This document shows, piece after piece, positions 7,528-16,288 of a DNA stretch of 20,388 nucleotides. Within the stretch, counting starts at the first letter, position 1. Each line of letters begins with the position of its first letter. Source of the stretch: a bacterium (GTDB lineage Bacteria > Zhuqueibacterota > Zhuqueibacteria > Oceanimicrobiales > Oceanimicrobiaceae); NCBI GenBank assembly GCA_046757525.1, contig JBHHYI010000071.1, positions 1-20,388 on the forward strand. The letters are read 5' to 3'. The notes under the pieces are model-generated. The model saw only the letters and a list, made by a program, of their open reading frames with translations. It was not told where the DNA came from and ran no database searches. Both the position numbers and the translations under genes were made by a program.

Positions 7528-9456
7528 ATGTCCGTCTTGTTGCACAATTCTTCTGAGACCTACGACGTCATCGTTGTAGGCGGCGGTCACGCTGGCGCCG
7601 AGGCGGCTCTGGCTTCAGCGCGCATGGGTGCCAGGACTTTGCTGCTTACCATGAATATTTTTACTGTGGGCCGGATGTCCTGCAATCCTGCCATTGGGGG
7701 TTTAGCCAAGGGGCAGTTGGTTCGGGAGATCGACGCCCTGGGCGGCCAAATGGCTCTGGTGACAGATGGTGCCGGCATTCAGTTCAGAATGCTCAATCGG
7801 TCCAAAGGTCCAGCCGTGTGGTCGCCAAGGGCACAGTGCGATCGTGTGGTCTACGCTCAAAAGGTGCGACAGGCTTGTGAAGAGCAGGTAAATCTCGATT
7901 TGCGCCAGGGAATGGGGGTGGGCCTCGTGGTGCGGAACAACAAAGTGTGTGGCGTCAGAACGGAGACGGGAAGTGTGATCGGCGGTGGAGTGGTAATTCT
8001 GACTGCTGGCACTTTCTTGAATGGCATCATTCACGTGGGTGAGATACAATATGCGGCTGGCCGTGCAGGCGAGTTTGCAGCACAAGGTATGACGGAGTGT
8101 TTGGTGGCGCTGGGGTTTGAGTCTGGCCGGCTTAAGACTGGCACGCCGCCGAGAATAAATGGCCAGACGGTAGACTTTTCCGAAACCGAAATCCAGCTCG
8201 GTGATGCCAACCCGGTGCCCTTTTCTTTTAGAACCAAACAACTGCTACTCGATCAGTTACCTTGCTATTTGACCTACACGAACGCCCATACCCATGAGAT
8301 TCTACGCCGCGGCTTTGATCGGTCGCCCATGTTTACCGGGAGAATCAAAGGTACCGGGCCGCGCTACTGCCCCTCCATTGAGGATAAAATCAATCGTTTT
8401 GCCGACAAAGCGAGGCACCAAATCTTTTTGGAGCCAGAGGGCAGGCAGACAACCGAGTATTATGTTAACGGGTTTTCTACCAGCCTGCCAGAAGAAGTTC
8501 AATTGGCTGGTATTCGCACCGTACCCGGATTAAGAAATGTGAAGGTCACCCGATTGGGCTATGCGGTGGAATACGACTTCTTTCCGCCCACCCAGATCAA
8601 GGCGAATCTGGAGACCAAGCGGGTGGAGAATCTGTTCTTCGCCGGTCAAATAAACGGGACCACCGGTTACGAAGAAGCTGCTGCGCAGGGTTTCATGGCA
8701 GGGGTAAATGCGGTGCTGAAGCTGCGCGGCCAGGCCCCCTTTGTGCTGGACCGGTCTGAGGCCTATGTGGGGGTTTTGATTGACGATCTGGTTACCAAGG
8801 GGACCATTGAGCCTTATCGCATGTTTACCTCGCGCGCAGAACACAGGTTGATTCTACGTCAGGACAATGCGGACCTGCGCCTGATGGACCACGGCTACGA
8901 CCTTGGACTGATCTCCAGAGCGGTTTATGAGGAATTGCTCTTGAAACGCGCCAGAATCCAGGCGGCACTGGAAGCGTTAAAAAGCGTGAAGGTGACGCCA
9001 GAACAGATCAACGGCACTTTGGCCGCTCAGGGCTCTACCCTGATTCGGGAAAAAGAAAATTTGTACAATCTCTTGAAGAGACCAGAAGTAGACATTTCTG
9101 ACTTGCGGGGAATGGGGCGACTGGAGGTGTTGAGCCATTGGAACCAAGCGGACTGGAAGCAGGTGCGGGAGCAGGTGAATATCGAGATCAAATATGCGGG
9201 CTTTATCCGAAGACAGAACGAGCAGGCGGAGCGGTTCAGACAACTGGAATCGAAGCGCATCCCGACGGGCTTCGATTTTGCCGTGATAAAGGCCCTGTCG
9301 GCCGAAGCGCGCGAAAAGCTGCAAAACGTGCAACCCAGGACCATCGGCCAGGCCACCAGGATTTCCGGGGTCTCTCCGGCAGACATCGCGATTCTGCTTC
9401 TGCACGTTTCCAGACAAAAGCGCGAAAGTGTTTCACGTGAAACACCGGTGGGGTAG
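7528..9456 (+). CDS. mnmG: tRNA uridine-5-carboxymethylaminomethyl(34) synthesis enzyme MnmG (GidA)
   Basis: YDVIVVGGGHAG FAD motif, MSCNPAIGG, LKTGTPPR, GPRYCPSIEDK, AGQINGTTGYEEAAAQG, YRMFTSRAEHRL. The track's GTG 7501 lies inside parS, so ATG 7528 is preferred; start is uncertain. Confidence 0.98.
   Translation: MSVLLHNSSETYDVIVVGGGHAGAEAALASARMGARTLLLTMNIFTVGRMSCNPAIGGLAKGQLVREIDALGGQMALVTDGAGIQFRMLNRSKGPAVWSPRAQCDRVVYAQKVRQACEEQVNLDLRQGMGVGLVVRNNKVCGVRTETGSVIGGGVVILTAGTFLNGIIHVGEIQYAAGRAGEFAAQGMTECLVALGFESGRLKTGTPPRINGQTVDFSETEIQLGDANPVPFSFRTKQLLLDQLPCYLTYTNAHTHEILRRGFDRSPMFTGRIKGTGPRYCPSIEDKINRFADKARHQIFLEPEGRQTTEYYVNGFSTSLPEEVQLAGIRTVPGLRNVKVTRLGYAVEYDFFPPTQIKANLETKRVENLFFAGQINGTTGYEEAAAQGFMAGVNAVLKLRGQAPFVLDRSEAYVGVLIDDLVTKGTIEPYRMFTSRAEHRLILRQDNADLRLMDHGYDLGLISRAVYEELLLKRARIQAALEALKSVKVTPEQINGTLAAQGSTLIREKENLYNLLKRPEVDISDLRGMGRLEVLSHWNQADWKQVREQVNIEIKYAGFIRRQNEQAERFRQLESKRIPTGFDFAVIKALSAEAREKLQNVQPRTIGQATRISGVSPADIAILLLHVSRQKRESVSRETPVG
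9429..9444. promoter_or_regulatory. parS: parS site (perfect 16/16; palindrome extends to 18 bp, 9428-9445) inside the mnmG 3' end
   Basis: GTGTTTCACGTGAAACAC; read as ...VSRET... in the MnmG frame. Confidence 0.95.
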
Positions 9457-9463
9457 AAGATTC

Positions 9464-10147
9464 ATGCAAGACAGTCAAACCCAGAAAAGACAGGTTGGCC
9501 TCCAGGCTCAACTTGACAGCCTCACAATCCCATTGAGCCAGACCCAACAACAGCAACTGGCAATCTACCGGCTGGCGGTTCTGTCCTGGAATCACAAGAC
9601 CAATCTAATCTCTAAAAGGGATCCCGGGCAGACCGTCTCAAGGTTGATCGTCGAGTCGGTGGCTCTCTCCCGATTTGATCTTTTCCAGAAGAGCCTCTCG
9701 GTTTTGGATTTGGGTTCTGGCGCCGGCTTTCCCGGCGTGCCTTTGCGCATCGCAAGGCCCCAGCTCTCGGTAACGCTTCTGGACTCCAAAAGAATGAAGT
9801 GCCTTTTTCTAAGACAGGTGGCCGCCAAATTCGAATTCGAGAATCTGAGGGTGGTGTGTGACCGCGCGGAACAAGCTGGCAAGCTCTCGGCGTTTCAAAA
9901 AAGCTTTGATGTCGTAGTGAGTCGTGCGGTGGCTCCACTTCCTAAATTGTTTGCATGGTCCCAGCCTTTTCTAAAACCGTACGGAAGGCTGGTTGCAGTC
10001 AAAGGGTCTGATCTCCATGAAGAGCTGGCCGCTTTTCAATTGCGACATCCTGCTCTGGAAGTACAAATCGAACCATTGTTTTGCACAACGCCTCAACCCG
10101 GCAAACATGAAATAAAGGTGGTCTTGGTTGGCCACCATCTTACCTAA
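9464..10147 (+). CDS. rsmG: 16S rRNA (guanine(527)-N7)-methyltransferase RsmG (GidB)
   Basis: WN..TNLIS, SAM-binding VLDLGSGAGFPG, LLDS...K..FL, FDVVVSRAV, VKG. Follows mnmG. The track's 9428 start (MFHVKH) is the parS palindrome, so ATG 9464 is preferred. Confidence 0.93.
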   Translation: MQDSQTQKRQVGLQAQLDSLTIPLSQTQQQQLAIYRLAVLSWNHKTNLISKRDPGQTVSRLIVESVALSRFDLFQKSLSVLDLGSGAGFPGVPLRIARPQLSVTLLDSKRMKCLFLRQVAAKFEFENLRVVCDRAEQAGKLSAFQKSFDVVVSRAVAPLPKLFAWSQPFLKPYGRLVAVKGSDLHEELAAFQLRHPALEVQIEPLFCTTPQPGKHEIKVVLVGHHLT

Positions 10148-13100
10148 TGTTAGAAACAAAGCTAAAAGAACTGGTTAAGAACTCGCCTTCGTTTCAGCGG
10201 GCCAGGGATTGTCTCACTAAAGAGCGCTTCGTGAGAATCAAAGGTCTGGCCGGTTCGCTCAAGTCACTCTTGCTGTTGAGTTTCTTTGAATCCGGGCTCT
10301 CCCAGGTGATCTATGTCTGCTGCGATTTAGATGAGGCAGAGAAGATCAAAGAAGATTTGGAGCTGTTCTTGCCGCAGGAACAGGTGGGCATTTTTGCGTC
10401 CGGAAAATCACGCCAGGGCAGAATCATGGCGGTGAATCATGCAGATTTGTCTGCACGCCTTGCTGCTCTGGAGTCTCTCTCTGAAGGCCGCTCTCTGATT
10501 CTGATTGTTGAAGCGAGGGAACTTCTTTCGTCGTTGCCAGCGCCGGACGAGTTTAAATCGCAAAAGTTATCCCTTGTTGTTGGAGCTGAACTGGATTTCA
10601 CCGAGACCGTAGAGCGCTTGTTCGAGCTGAATTTTACCAGGGAGCCGGTCGTGGAAAATCCTGGTGAAATGAGTGTGCGCGGCGGCATATTGGACGTCTA
10701 CCCGCACTCCGCTGAAAGACCCGTTCGAGTAGAGTTTTGGGGCGATTCGGTGGAATCGTTGCGCGAGTTTGATCCCGCCACCCAAAGGTCGACCAGCACA
10801 ATAGAAAAAATCGATATTTACAATCAGGTTTCAAACGGTGTTGCAGAAGCAGAGTCGGGGCAAGCAAGCGGATGGTCGATTTTTGACTACTTCAAGAACG
10901 AAGCGCTTCTGGTATTTGATGAACCGGATTTGATCCGAAAAGAGCTCGCGCAGGGCGCCTGGGATGGAAGCGAAGTGCGGGAGGTCGATTCAGTGGATCT
11001 TCCGGACGATCTGCGCTGTTCGAATCTGGAAAAGCGAGTAGAAAGATTTCAGCACGTACATCTGCTTTCCTTTGGCAAGGTTAGTTCGAACTTAATCGAC
11101 TTTAGAGCGAGCAGCCAGCCAGGCTTTAAAGGCAATTTGAAGCTGTTCCAGGATTTTGTTGAAAAGCTCAACCGGGAAAAGCTTGCCGGGCAGGAGGCGG
11201 TGCCGAATATTCTGTTTCTGTGCGAGAGCAGGAGCCAGGCGCTGCGAATGACCGACATCTTCGAAGAGGAGGAGGTCAAAGCAGCCAACTTACAAGCTGT
11301 GGCCCTGAGCTTGCACCAGGGGTTTCTCTTCCCCGAAGCAAATCTGGTCTTGTTTACCGACCATCAGTTTTACGGTCGCCCAAAGAAACTTAAATTGCGC
11401 CGGCGTTTCAAAGGGCTCTCTCCGCAACAATTGAAGACACTAAGCATTGACGACTTTGTCGTTCATGAAGACTTTGGCATCGGTCTGTTCAAGGGCCTTC
11501 GAAGAATAAAAGTCCGTGGCAATGAAAGAGAGTGCATCTATCTGGAGTATAGAGACGGCGACAAGGTTTATGTGCCCATTGAGCGCATGGACCGCGTTCA
11601 ATTATTCTCGAGCAAAGAGGGACTCAATCCGCGGCTCAACAAATTAGGGACGCCGGACTGGCAGCGGTTAAAAAGAACGACCAAGAAGAAGATCAAAGAT
11701 ATCGCCAAAGATTTAATAAAGATCTATGCCCAGAGAAAGGCACAGCCCGGTTTTGCATTTTCCGAGGACACACTCTGGCAGCGAGAATTAGAGGCGTCCT
11801 TTCCTTACGAGGACACACCAGATCAAGTGAAGGCTACGCTGGAAGTAAAGCAGGACATGGAAAGCTCCAGGCCCATGGACCGGCTGGTGTGTGGGGACGT
11901 GGGTTTTGGCAAGACCGAAGTTGCCATAAGAGCCGCCTTTAAGGCGATTCTAAGCGGCAAACAAGTGGCCATGCTGGTTCCCACGACGATCTTAGCCTAC
12001 CAGCACTACAGCACCTTCCAGGACCGTTTGCGGAATTTCCCGGTGACGGTCCAAATGCTTTCTCGATTTCGCACCCAATCCGAACAAAAGGAGATCGTGG
12101 ACAAATTAAAGACCGGGCAAATTGATTTGGTTATCGGCACGCACCGGATGTTGTCCCAAGATGTGGAGTTTAAGAATCTTGGCTTGTTGATCATCGATGA
12201 AGAGCAGCGCTTTGGCGTACGCCACAAAGAAAAACTCAAGCGTTTCCGCGCTACCATCGACGTTTTAACTTTGACCGCTACCCCGATTCCACGCACCCTG
12301 CACCTTGCTCTGATGGGCACACGGGACATCACGAACATTTACACGCCGCCCAAGAACAGGTTGCCCATCATTACAGAAATCTTGCCTTTCGACAAGAATG
12401 CTATTCGCGAATCTATTCTGCGCGAACTAAACCGGGGCGGGCAAGTGTTTTACGTTCATAATCGGGTGCAGTCCATCGAACGGGTGGCCGGCATGTTGCG
12501 TAAGCTTGTTCCCGAAGCTCGCGTCACCATCGCCCATGGTCAGATGCACGAAAGGGACCTTGAGCGCGTCATGATCGAATTCATCGGGCAACAATTCGAC
12601 GTTCTGGTGTCCACCGTGATCATCGAGTCGGGTCTGGACATGCCAAATGTGAATACCATGATTATCAACCGGGCCGACAAAATGGGGTTGGCGCAGCTCT
12701 ACCAACTGCGCGGTCGGGTCGGGAGGTCCAGCCAGAGAGCGTACGCCTACTTCCTGATTCCGCCGCTTGAGTCGCTCAATGAAAATGCGTTAAAGCGTTT
12801 ACGGGCCATAGAGGAATTAACCGCCCTGGGGTCCGGGAGTCAGCTTGCCATGCGCGACCTGGAGATCAGGGGTGCAGGGAATCTGCTGGGCGTGGAGCAA
12901 TCGGGATTCATAAACAACTTGGGCTTTGAGCTTTACAATAAGATATTGGACCAGGCGGTCAAGGAGCTTAAACAGGAGCACGAGACGCAAGAAGAGATTC
13001 CGCTTGAAATTGAAACACAAGTGGATATCGATGGTGACGCCTACCTTCCCGACGACTACGTGTCTGTGGACACGCAGCGCATCGATGTTTACCGCCGGCT

Positions 13101-13515
13101 GATCGAGACCGATAGCGAGGAGGCGCTGGATGAGATGAAGTCGGAATTGGAAGACCGTTTCGGACGCTTGCCCGAGTCGGTGCAGAATTTATTCTACCTG
13201 GTCTCTTTTAGAATCCTGGGCAGACAACTTGGTTTGAGGAAAATCGCTGTGAGTAGAAAGGAGTCTGTTTTCGAAGTGGCTTCGGAACTAATTGAAAAGA
13301 GGGGGGAACCATTTAATAATTGGTTAGGTTCAATTGTGGCGAATGCTTCACAGCCATTTGAATTCTTTCAAGACGATGGTTTTGGAATCCGTGTTAGGTT
13401 GGACGGCCAGGCCTCTAATTATCTTGAAGTTAACAGGAACTTCCTTAAGAGCTTGTTGATCGATCAGAACCAAAAGGACATTGTGAAGGAGGATCTCAAG
13501 GGTGCACTTAAATAG
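10147..13515 (+). CDS. mfd: Transcription-repair coupling factor Mfd
   Basis: UvrB-like module (PGEMSVRGGILDVYP, FDPATQRS), RID/CarD-like DFVVHEDFGIG, GDVGFGKT, DEEQRFG, TATPIPRTL, QLRGRVGRS, DLEIRGAGNLLG, C-terminal TRCF domain. TAATG overlap with the rsmG stop. Confidence 0.98.
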   Translation: MLETKLKELVKNSPSFQRARDCLTKERFVRIKGLAGSLKSLLLLSFFESGLSQVIYVCCDLDEAEKIKEDLELFLPQEQVGIFASGKSRQGRIMAVNHADLSARLAALESLSEGRSLILIVEARELLSSLPAPDEFKSQKLSLVVGAELDFTETVERLFELNFTREPVVENPGEMSVRGGILDVYPHSAERPVRVEFWGDSVESLREFDPATQRSTSTIEKIDIYNQVSNGVAEAESGQASGWSIFDYFKNEALLVFDEPDLIRKELAQGAWDGSEVREVDSVDLPDDLRCSNLEKRVERFQHVHLLSFGKVSSNLIDFRASSQPGFKGNLKLFQDFVEKLNREKLAGQEAVPNILFLCESRSQALRMTDIFEEEEVKAANLQAVALSLHQGFLFPEANLVLFTDHQFYGRPKKLKLRRRFKGLSPQQLKTLSIDDFVVHEDFGIGLFKGLRRIKVRGNERECIYLEYRDGDKVYVPIERMDRVQLFSSKEGLNPRLNKLGTPDWQRLKRTTKKKIKDIAKDLIKIYAQRKAQPGFAFSEDTLWQRELEASFPYEDTPDQVKATLEVKQDMESSRPMDRLVCGDVGFGKTEVAIRAAFKAILSGKQVAMLVPTTILAYQHYSTFQDRLRNFPVTVQMLSRFRTQSEQKEIVDKLKTGQIDLVIGTHRMLSQDVEFKNLGLLIIDEEQRFGVRHKEKLKRFRATIDVLTLTATPIPRTLHLALMGTRDITNIYTPPKNRLPIITEILPFDKNAIRESILRELNRGGQVFYVHNRVQSIERVAGMLRKLVPEARVTIAHGQMHERDLERVMIEFIGQQFDVLVSTVIIESGLDMPNVNTMIINRADKMGLAQLYQLRGRVGRSSQRAYAYFLIPPLESLNENALKRLRAIEELTALGSGSQLAMRDLEIRGAGNLLGVEQSGFINNLGFELYNKILDQAVKELKQEHETQEEIPLEIETQVDIDGDAYLPDDYVSVDTQRIDVYRRLIETDSEEALDEMKSELEDRFGRLPESVQNLFYLVSFRILGRQLGLRKIAVSRKESVFEVASELIEKRGEPFNNWLGSIVANASQPFEFFQDDGFGIRVRLDGQASNYLEVNRNFLKSLLIDQNQKDIVKEDLKGALK

Positions 13516-14371
13516 TGGCGTGCAATGGATTGTCTTAGGGTCTTTCATTCTTGTAAGCGCTTCATGTGATAAGCCAGTTAAAAAACAATATGTTATAGCG
13601 AGTGTTGGTAACGAAACTCTTTCCTTGCAGGAAATCATGGAGAACATTCCTCAAGAAATAAAACAAGACTTGTCGCCATCTGACATTCAGGAATACGTGC
13701 AACGATGGATTAACTCACAGGTGTTGTACCAGGAAGCTAAGCACAGGAAATTAGATGAGCGCATGGACTTGAGGAAGGAATTTGAAAAGATCAAGAGAGA
13801 GCTTATGGTCAACAAACTAATCGAGCTTTCTGTGAAGGATGATGAAGTGGTCGGGCCCGAGGAGATAGGCACTTTTTACGAGCAAAACAAAGACAGTTAT
13901 ATTTTGCATGAAGACCTGGTTCATGCCTACCACATTTTAGTTCCCACCTATGCAGAGGCCAACAAGGTTAGAATGCGCCTCAGAAAGGGGGAGGCTTTTC
14001 AGAAAGTGTGTGAAGAGGTTCTGGGAGATTCTACCGAGCAGCAAGACTGGGATTTAGGGTATTTTTCCAAAGATGAGATCATTCCAGAGGTGGCCAGGGT
14101 TCTGTTTCGAATGGCTCCAGGCGCTTTGTCTCTACCCATCAAATCGGAGTTTGGCTACCATATCGTAAAGTTGATCGATATTCAAAAGAAGGGGGCTGTC
14201 AACCCGCTGGAAAATGTACAAGAAGAAATAAAACTAAAATTGGGCGCCCAAAAGAGGCGGCAGCGTTATGAGCGGTTCTTATTTCAAATGAAGAGCAAAA
14301 CAAAAATTCAAACCAATTTTCATGTGCTGGACACTGTGAATTTAGATTCTTTAACACTGAATGGCAATTAA
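13502..14371 (+). CDS. Parvulin/PpiC-type peptidyl-prolyl isomerase, PrsA-like, probably exported or a lipoprotein
   Basis: Hydrophobic N-terminus ending VSASC, VIASVGNETLS chaperone N-domain, HILV...DLGYF...PIKSEFGYHIVK. GGAGG 9 nt before GTG; 14-nt overlap with mfd. Confidence 0.85.
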   Translation: MHLNSGVQWIVLGSFILVSASCDKPVKKQYVIASVGNETLSLQEIMENIPQEIKQDLSPSDIQEYVQRWINSQVLYQEAKHRKLDERMDLRKEFEKIKRELMVNKLIELSVKDDEVVGPEEIGTFYEQNKDSYILHEDLVHAYHILVPTYAEANKVRMRLRKGEAFQKVCEEVLGDSTEQQDWDLGYFSKDEIIPEVARVLFRMAPGALSLPIKSEFGYHIVKLIDIQKKGAVNPLENVQEEIKLKLGAQKRRQRYERFLFQMKSKTKIQTNFHVLDTVNLDSLTLNGN

Positions 14372-14385
14372 TCGTGGTAACAAGC

Positions 14386-15669
14386 ATGAGAAAAACTGTC
14401 TACACCATCATTCTCGCCGTGCTCTGTTTGGGTTCCCGTCTTTTGTCTCAAGAAATCCTGGACAGAGTGGTGGCGGTGATTGATGACAAGATCATTCTGC
14501 AATCGGAGCTTTACCAATATTCTTACAGCCTTGCGATCCAGCTCGGCATTGACCCGCAGGGGGAGCCAGAGAAAGTGGAGAAGCTCCGCAAGGAAACGCT
14601 GGACAATTTGATTGCCCAGAAAGTGTTGCTGGTCAAGGCCAAAGAAGATAGCATTACCGTCAGTGAAAAGGAAGTTGACGCGCGCCTCGACGAACAGATT
14701 AAGCAAATAGTCGCGCAACTTGGGTCGGAAAGCAAAGTAGAGGAGTATTTTGGTCTCACGCTGCGGCAGATCAAGAGGGATTTCCGTGACGAAGTTAGAG
14801 AACGACTCCTGGTTAAGACCCTCCAGGACCGGAAATTTCGCGAGATTCAAATCACCCGGAGGGAAGTCAACGATTTTTACAGAGCCTACAAAGACAGCCT
14901 GCCTGCGGTGAAAGAATCCGTTAAGATTAGCCATATTTTGGTACACATTGAACCGAGCGAAGCAACGATCAGAGCTGCCAGGGAAAAAACCGAGGCGCTA
15001 TTAGAGCGTTTGAGGGAAGGTGAAGATTTTGCAAGCCTGGCCAAAGAGTATTCCGAAGATGTGGGCACGGCAGCAAACGGGGGAGAAACCGGATTCATCC
15101 AACGGGGGGACTTTGTCAAGGAATACGAAGAAGTGGCCTTTTTGCTAAAACCCGGCGAGATTTCGGATATTGTGCGGTCACGCTACGGTTTTCACATAAT
15201 CCAGCTCATCGCCAAACGGGGAGAAAAGGTAAATACCAGGCATATTCTAATAAGGCTGGACACTTCTCCTGAGGATGAACAGGCCACAAAGGATAAGTTG
15301 CTGGCCCTGAAAACAAAAATAGAAAGCGGCGAAATGACCTTCGCGGAAGCGGCCGAAAAATATTCTAAGGATGAAACCACCGCGTCGAAGGGGGGTAAGC
15401 TGGGCTGGTTTGAAACCGATCAATTTCAGTTAGAGTCGTTCAAGAAGGCGGTGGCCGGTCTGAAAGAAGGGGAGATTTCAAATCCCATCAAAACACAATT
15501 TGGCTACCACCTGGTGAGATTAGAGAAAAGAAAGCCCGCAAGAAAATTAGACATCAAGAGAGATTGGGAACAAATTGAAAATTGGGCCTTGAACATCAAG
15601 CGGCAAAATGAATTCCAGCGTTGGGTCAAAAGCATAAGAAAGGACGTGTACGTGGACATCAAGATTTGA
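14386..15669 (+). CDS. surA: SurA-like periplasmic chaperone with two PpiC domains
   Basis: Signal peptide, LDRVVAVIDDKIILQSEL (SurA N-domain), two parvulin domains (SHILV...FASLAKEYSED...GGETG...SRYGFHII; RHILI...FAEAAEKYSKD...GGKLGW...TQFGYHLV). Alternative GTG start at 14374. Confidence 0.88.
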   Translation: MRKTVYTIILAVLCLGSRLLSQEILDRVVAVIDDKIILQSELYQYSYSLAIQLGIDPQGEPEKVEKLRKETLDNLIAQKVLLVKAKEDSITVSEKEVDARLDEQIKQIVAQLGSESKVEEYFGLTLRQIKRDFRDEVRERLLVKTLQDRKFREIQITRREVNDFYRAYKDSLPAVKESVKISHILVHIEPSEATIRAAREKTEALLERLREGEDFASLAKEYSEDVGTAANGGETGFIQRGDFVKEYEEVAFLLKPGEISDIVRSRYGFHIIQLIAKRGEKVNTRHILIRLDTSPEDEQATKDKLLALKTKIESGEMTFAEAAEKYSKDETTASKGGKLGWFETDQFQLESFKKAVAGLKEGEISNPIKTQFGYHLVRLEKRKPARKLDIKRDWEQIENWALNIKRQNEFQRWVKSIRKDVYVDIKI

Positions 15670-15673
15670 TCCA

Positions 15674-16183
15674 ATGGTGTTCCTGCAAATTCTGGGACAA
15701 ATAGCCTTTTGGATGGTCATGCTGCTGGCCATTGCCGTCATTCCCTTTGGAATTCCCGGCACTTTTATTATTACCGGCAATGCCCTCCTGTACGGCTGGC
15801 TGACCGATTTCACTGTGATAGAGTGGAGTTTCATCGGCACCCTCTTATTGATCTCGGTGTTGGTGGAAGTGGCAGAGTTTTTTCTGGGGGCGGCAGCAGC
15901 CGGAAAGTTTGGTGCTTCGAAGCTTGGCATGGTTGGCGCCGTGCTTGGTGGATTTTTGGGTGCTATTCTGGGGACTCCGATTCTGCCACTCATTGGTACG
16001 CTATTGGGTGCCTTTGCCGGAGCGTTTGCCGGCGCCGCACTGTTTGAATACTCCGGCACAAAGGACGTGCAAAAGTCGCTCCGTGTTGGGTTTGGGGCGT
16101 TTTTGGGTGCTGTTGGCGGCAAATTGACCAAAATAGCTGCGGCTGTGGCCATGGTGGTTCTGGTAGGTTTTAAGGTGTTTTAG
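15674..16183 (+). CDS. DUF456-family (YqgC-like) glycine-rich membrane protein
   Basis: 169 aa, several TM segments, P.GIPGT, KFGASK.G..GA..GG..G, G...GAF.GA...E. Family assigned from remembered pattern, not a search. Confidence 0.75.
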   Translation: MVFLQILGQIAFWMVMLLAIAVIPFGIPGTFIITGNALLYGWLTDFTVIEWSFIGTLLLISVLVEVAEFFLGAAAAGKFGASKLGMVGAVLGGFLGAILGTPILPLIGTLLGAFAGAFAGAALFEYSGTKDVQKSLRVGFGAFLGAVGGKLTKIAAAVAMVVLVGFKVF

Positions 16184-16200
16184 CAAGTTGTTTGTCGAAG

Positions 16201-16260
16201 GAATTCCTCAAGTCTGTCCAGGTAAAACATTTCAAAGTTCAGAATTCCTCAAAGTCAGAA
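16201..16260 (+). repeat. Short intergenic direct repeats upstream of the DUF4159 gene
   Basis: GAATTCCTCAA at 16201-16211 and 16242-16252; TCAAAGTTCAGAA at 16232-16244 and TCAAAGTCAGAA at 16249-16260. Confidence 0.6.
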
Positions 16261-16271
16261 AGTTTGTGGTA

Positions 16272-16277
16272 TATAAT
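16272..16277 (+). promoter_or_regulatory. Putative -10 element for the DUF4159-DUF4175 unit
   Basis: Perfect TATAAT 11 nt upstream of ATG 16289; no good -35 and no Shine-Dalgarno. Confidence 0.45.
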
Positions 16278-16288
16278 TTTAATGTGTT

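Noticed and set aside
7354..7590. Minus-strand ORF containing MFHVKR, and the GTG 7501 start for mnmG
   Set aside because: Both derive from the parS palindrome at 7493-7508; the ORF is antisense to mnmE/mnmG with no recognisable family.
9428..9463. ORF-track N-terminal extension MFHVKHRWGRRF of RsmG
   Set aside because: MFHVKH is simply the translation of the parS palindrome; ATG 9464, 7 nt after the mnmG stop, is the more plausible start.
16201..16260. Mini-CRISPR interpretation of the GAATTCCTCAA repeats
   Set aside because: Only two 11-bp copies, far shorter than CRISPR repeats, and no cas genes.
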